Source: Chiloscyllium plagiosum (lineage: Eukaryota). Taken from it: 64,000 bases of DNA. Made by a program: the position numbers and the translations under genes. Positions 60,682 to 64,000 of the stretch are shown piece by piece (positions within the stretch are counted from its first letter, which is position 1; each line of letters opens with the position of its first letter). The notes below the pieces were generated by a model. It was not told where the DNA came from. It worked only from the letters and a program-made list of their open reading frames with translations, and did no database searches. Where the stretch lies: positions 81,988,711 to 82,052,710 of the forward strand of contig NC_057718.1 in assembly GCF_004010195.1 (NCBI RefSeq). The letters run 5' to 3'.

Positions 60682-62044
60682 TGATCCACATCCAAATTCA
60701 ATCTATCTACTTTAGTTTGTCGAACAATATGCTTGAATTACAAAAGTCTAATCATCTCAGACTTAAACATGGAGCTATCATCTACTGCATTTTGTGGGAG
60801 AGAATTTCGTACATCTACCATCCTTTATCTATTCTCTTTATTCTTTCCTGAATGACCTGGCTTTCATTTTAAGGTTACAGTCTCTTTTTCTTGACTCCTT
60901 CAACAATTTTTTTTAAATGTTCTATTCTTCTCTAACAATTTATTTGAAAATTCTAAAAACCTCAATATAATCTCCTTTTAACCATGTATATTTCAAGACA
61001 TAGAAGTAATTTATGGGATCACTTTTCAATTTGCCCTTAGGAGCTGTGGTGACAATCTGGTGGATTTACATTGCATTCCTACCAAGGCCAGTGTAAAATT
61101 TCGAAGGTGTGGAGTCCTGAACTGCACACAGCACTGTAACTTAGGTTTTGTATAGCTGCAGCAAAACTTCCTCCCAATTAAATAATAACCCTCCAGAACT
61201 AAACATCAACATAAAGGTGCCAGCCATAGCTAAATAGCACTCTGGTCAAAAGGTTGAAAGTTCCAATCTCACTGCAGGACTCCAGCACAAACATCAAGTT
61301 TGATGATCCAGTGCAGTGCAGATGGAGCACTGCACTGTTGATATCTTGTCAGTTGAATAAGACGTTGTTAAAGTTCCTGTGGCACTATTTTGAAGAAGAG
61401 CAATGAAGAGTCCTGACCAATACTTATTCAATCAATTTCAGTCAAACACATTATTTAACCATTACCACATTTCTGTTTGTCAGAACTTGCTATCCTCAGA
61501 TAGGCTGCCATGTTTCTTACTTTGTAACATGACTAATCTTCAAAACTAATTTAAGACACTATGATTTGTCCTATGGTTGTGAAAAGCATGATATAAATAT
61601 AGTCTTTTGTTCATTTATCCTTTACCTCGTTGATTTATTTCTTCTGTACTTGTTACATTGCTGTAACATTAGCACTATGGAAGCAACAGACTACTAACAT
61701 TTCAAGCAAAAGAGAATCTAACCTCCTCTCTTGACATCCACTGGCATTGCCTTTGCTGAATTCCACACCATTAATATCCAGTGGTGACCAATGATCAAAA
61801 ACTTAATTCGACCAGCCACGTAGTCGTAATAGCTACAAGATCAAGTTGAAGGGTTAGAGTTTTGCTCATGGAAACCTGAAGCCATACTGCTATTTACAAG
61901 GCATGAGTCTAGATTATAATGGAATTCTCCACACTTGCCTAGATGGTAAAGGTCAATATTCCAACACCTCCGTACTGACTCAGAAAGAGTTGCCCACTTG
62001 ATTGGTCCTCGAATATTATCTTTGACTTTCACTGTATCATGCGG

Positions 62045-63045
62045 CGATGGCAACTCCGGGGGTCTTTGAAGAAGGAGGCCATCTGGGTTGTTTAGTATTG
62101 GAATTGGTCTTTGAAGAAGGATGGCCTCCAAAGGATTGCCACCAGGACAGAACCCCACTGGTCCTCACCTACCACCCCACCAACCTCCAGATACATCATA
62201 TCATCCTTCATCATTTCAGCCACCTCCAAACAGACCCCATCACTAAGGATATATTTCCCTCCCCTCCCCTATCAGCGTTCCGGAAAGACCACTCCCTTAT
62301 CAGATCCACGCCCCCCACCAACCCAACCTCCACTCCCGGCACCTTCCCATGCAATTGCAAGAAATGCAAACTTGCGCCCACACCTCCCCCCTCACTTCCT
62401 TCCAAGGCCCCAAGGGATCTTTCTATATCTGTCACAAATTCACCTGCACCTCCACACACATCATTTACTGCATCCGCTGCACCCGATTTAACCTCCTCTA
62501 CATTGGGGAAACAGGCTGCCTACTTGCGGAACATTTCAGAGAACACCTCTGGGACACCCGCACCAACCAACCCAACCGCCCCGTAGCTGAACACTTAACT
62601 TCCCCTCCCACTCCGCCAAGGATATACAGATCCTTGGCCACCTTCATCGCCAGACGATGCCAACATGATGCCTGGAGGAAGAGCGCCTCATCTTCCAACC
62701 ACAAGGGATGAATGCAGATTTCTCCAGCTTCCTCATTTCCCTTCCCCCCACCTTATATCAGTCCCAACCCTCGGACTCAGCACCGCCTTCTTGACCTGCA
62801 ATCTTCTTCCCGACCTCTCCGCCCCCACCCCCTCTCCAGCCTATCACCCTCACCTTAACCTCCTTCCAACTATCGCACTCCCAACGCCCCTCCCCCAAGT
62901 CTCTCCTCCCTACCTTTTATCTTAGTCTGCTCGGCACACCCTCCTCATTCCTGAAGAAGGGCTTATGCCCGAAACGTTGATTCTCCTGGTCCTTGGATGC
63001 TGCCTGACCTGCTGCGCTTTTCCAGCAATACATTTTTCAGCTTTC
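62045..63045 (+). mobile_element. Penelope-like element (Neptune-type) 3' part, inserted in a LINE tail (61700-63350)
   Basis: DRTPLVLTYHP; Cys-rich linker PGTFPCNCKKCK; GIY-YIG IIYCIRCTRFNLLYIGETG...FREH. Confidence 0.9.
62947..62982 (+). ncRNA. Minimal hammerhead ribozyme motif, best-preserved copy
   Basis: ATTC-CTGAAGA-A-GGGC-ttat-GCCC-GAAA-CG-TT-GATT. Confidence 0.8.
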
Positions 63046-63764
63046 ACTGTATTATGTAAGTAGTGCCTTACCACCTACAAAACCTACACCGATGCTAGTA
63101 ATTTTCCAAGGGTCCTTGAACAATAGCTTCCAAGATGAACAGTTGCCATAGGTGCATAAAGACATGATCACCTGCAAGTTCCATTCCAACTTATACATAA
63201 TCCTGACTTGAACTCCTGTCTTAACAGCACTAAGAGTATACTTGTACCAGATAGATTGCAAAGGTACAGAAGATGGTTCAACACCAGATTCTCAAGGACA
63301 ATTAGGAATATGCATTAAGAATGTTGCATCCCATTAGCTAATTTAAAAAATGGACTTGAGCCCCAACATCTCTTTAGTACTGCAGTGTTTCTACCATTTT
63401 ATTCTTTATCAAATATTCAAAATTGCCTTTTAAGGTTCCAAAGGAATGAGTTCACATTGACCTGTGTTCATTGTCATCTGTTGCAATTTTTCCCACTGAA
63501 TTAATCTCTGTTCACAATTTTGAGCTTCTAATCACATTACTTAACAATGTTGGCAAACTTGGGTATGTAGCTCTCTATTACGTGAGCTAACTCACCAATA
63601 AATATAATGAATAGTTGAGGCCTCAGCACAGATCCTCATATGATACTACAGGTATTTCCTTCCAACTAGAGATTTTAACTATAAACTCCACTGTCTGTCC
63701 TTTATCATCTGATCAATCTCCTAACTCGATCAAACATTTTCCTTCTCTTCCATGATCTCTTATA

Positions 63765-64000
63765 CGAGACAATACAGCACAGCACAGGAACAGGCCCTTC
63801 AGCCCACCAAGCCTGTGCTGATTCCTATTCCTTATTTAGACCCTCTACCTATTGCTCATTTGCAGAATCTAACCCTCTGTTCACCTCTCCTCCATTGGTG
63901 GAGTGTTCCAGGCACTCACAGCCCTTTGTGAAAAATTTTCTCCACACTTCTCCCCTAAACTTTCCCCCTCTCACCTTGACCCTGTGCCCTCTTGCACCTG
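63765..64000 (-). mobile_element. CR1 3' tail
   Basis: caggcccttcagcccac...ctcaccttgaccctgtgccctct matches the other antisense CR1 tails. Confidence 0.75.

Overview
Eukaryotic, vertebrate genomic DNA, most likely a shark/elasmobranch (inferred from HE1-like SINEs, DeuSINE-like repeats, CR1 LINEs and Penelope-like elements). It is not prokaryotic, so most entries in the ORF track are spurious or transposon debris. Two divergent spliced genes are present. POLR3F (RNA polymerase III subunit RPC6) is complete on the minus strand: 9 coding exons, ATG 43966 to TAG 9604, 945 nt / 314 aa, all introns GT-AG. DZANK1 is on the plus strand: probable non-coding exon near 49.7 kb, coding exons at 51350, 58504 and 59623, and the gene continues past the window. 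CpG-retaining promoter-like patches lie at ~6.3 kb (an RFX X-box with no assignable gene), ~44 kb (POLR3F) and ~49.6 kb (DZANK1, two X-boxes). The rest is mostly nested retroelements plus one pogo/Tigger DNA transposon. The two most interesting observations are (1) a CR1/L2-group LINE with no visible ORF1 that carries a tRNA-derived Pol III-type head, found in two independent copies together with a short head+tail SINE that looks like its deletion derivative, and (2) about a dozen minimal hammerhead-ribozyme motifs of several families in Penelope-like termini, often as head-to-head hairpins. Exon and motif coordinates were counted by hand; repeat boundaries are approximate and family names were not checked against a database.
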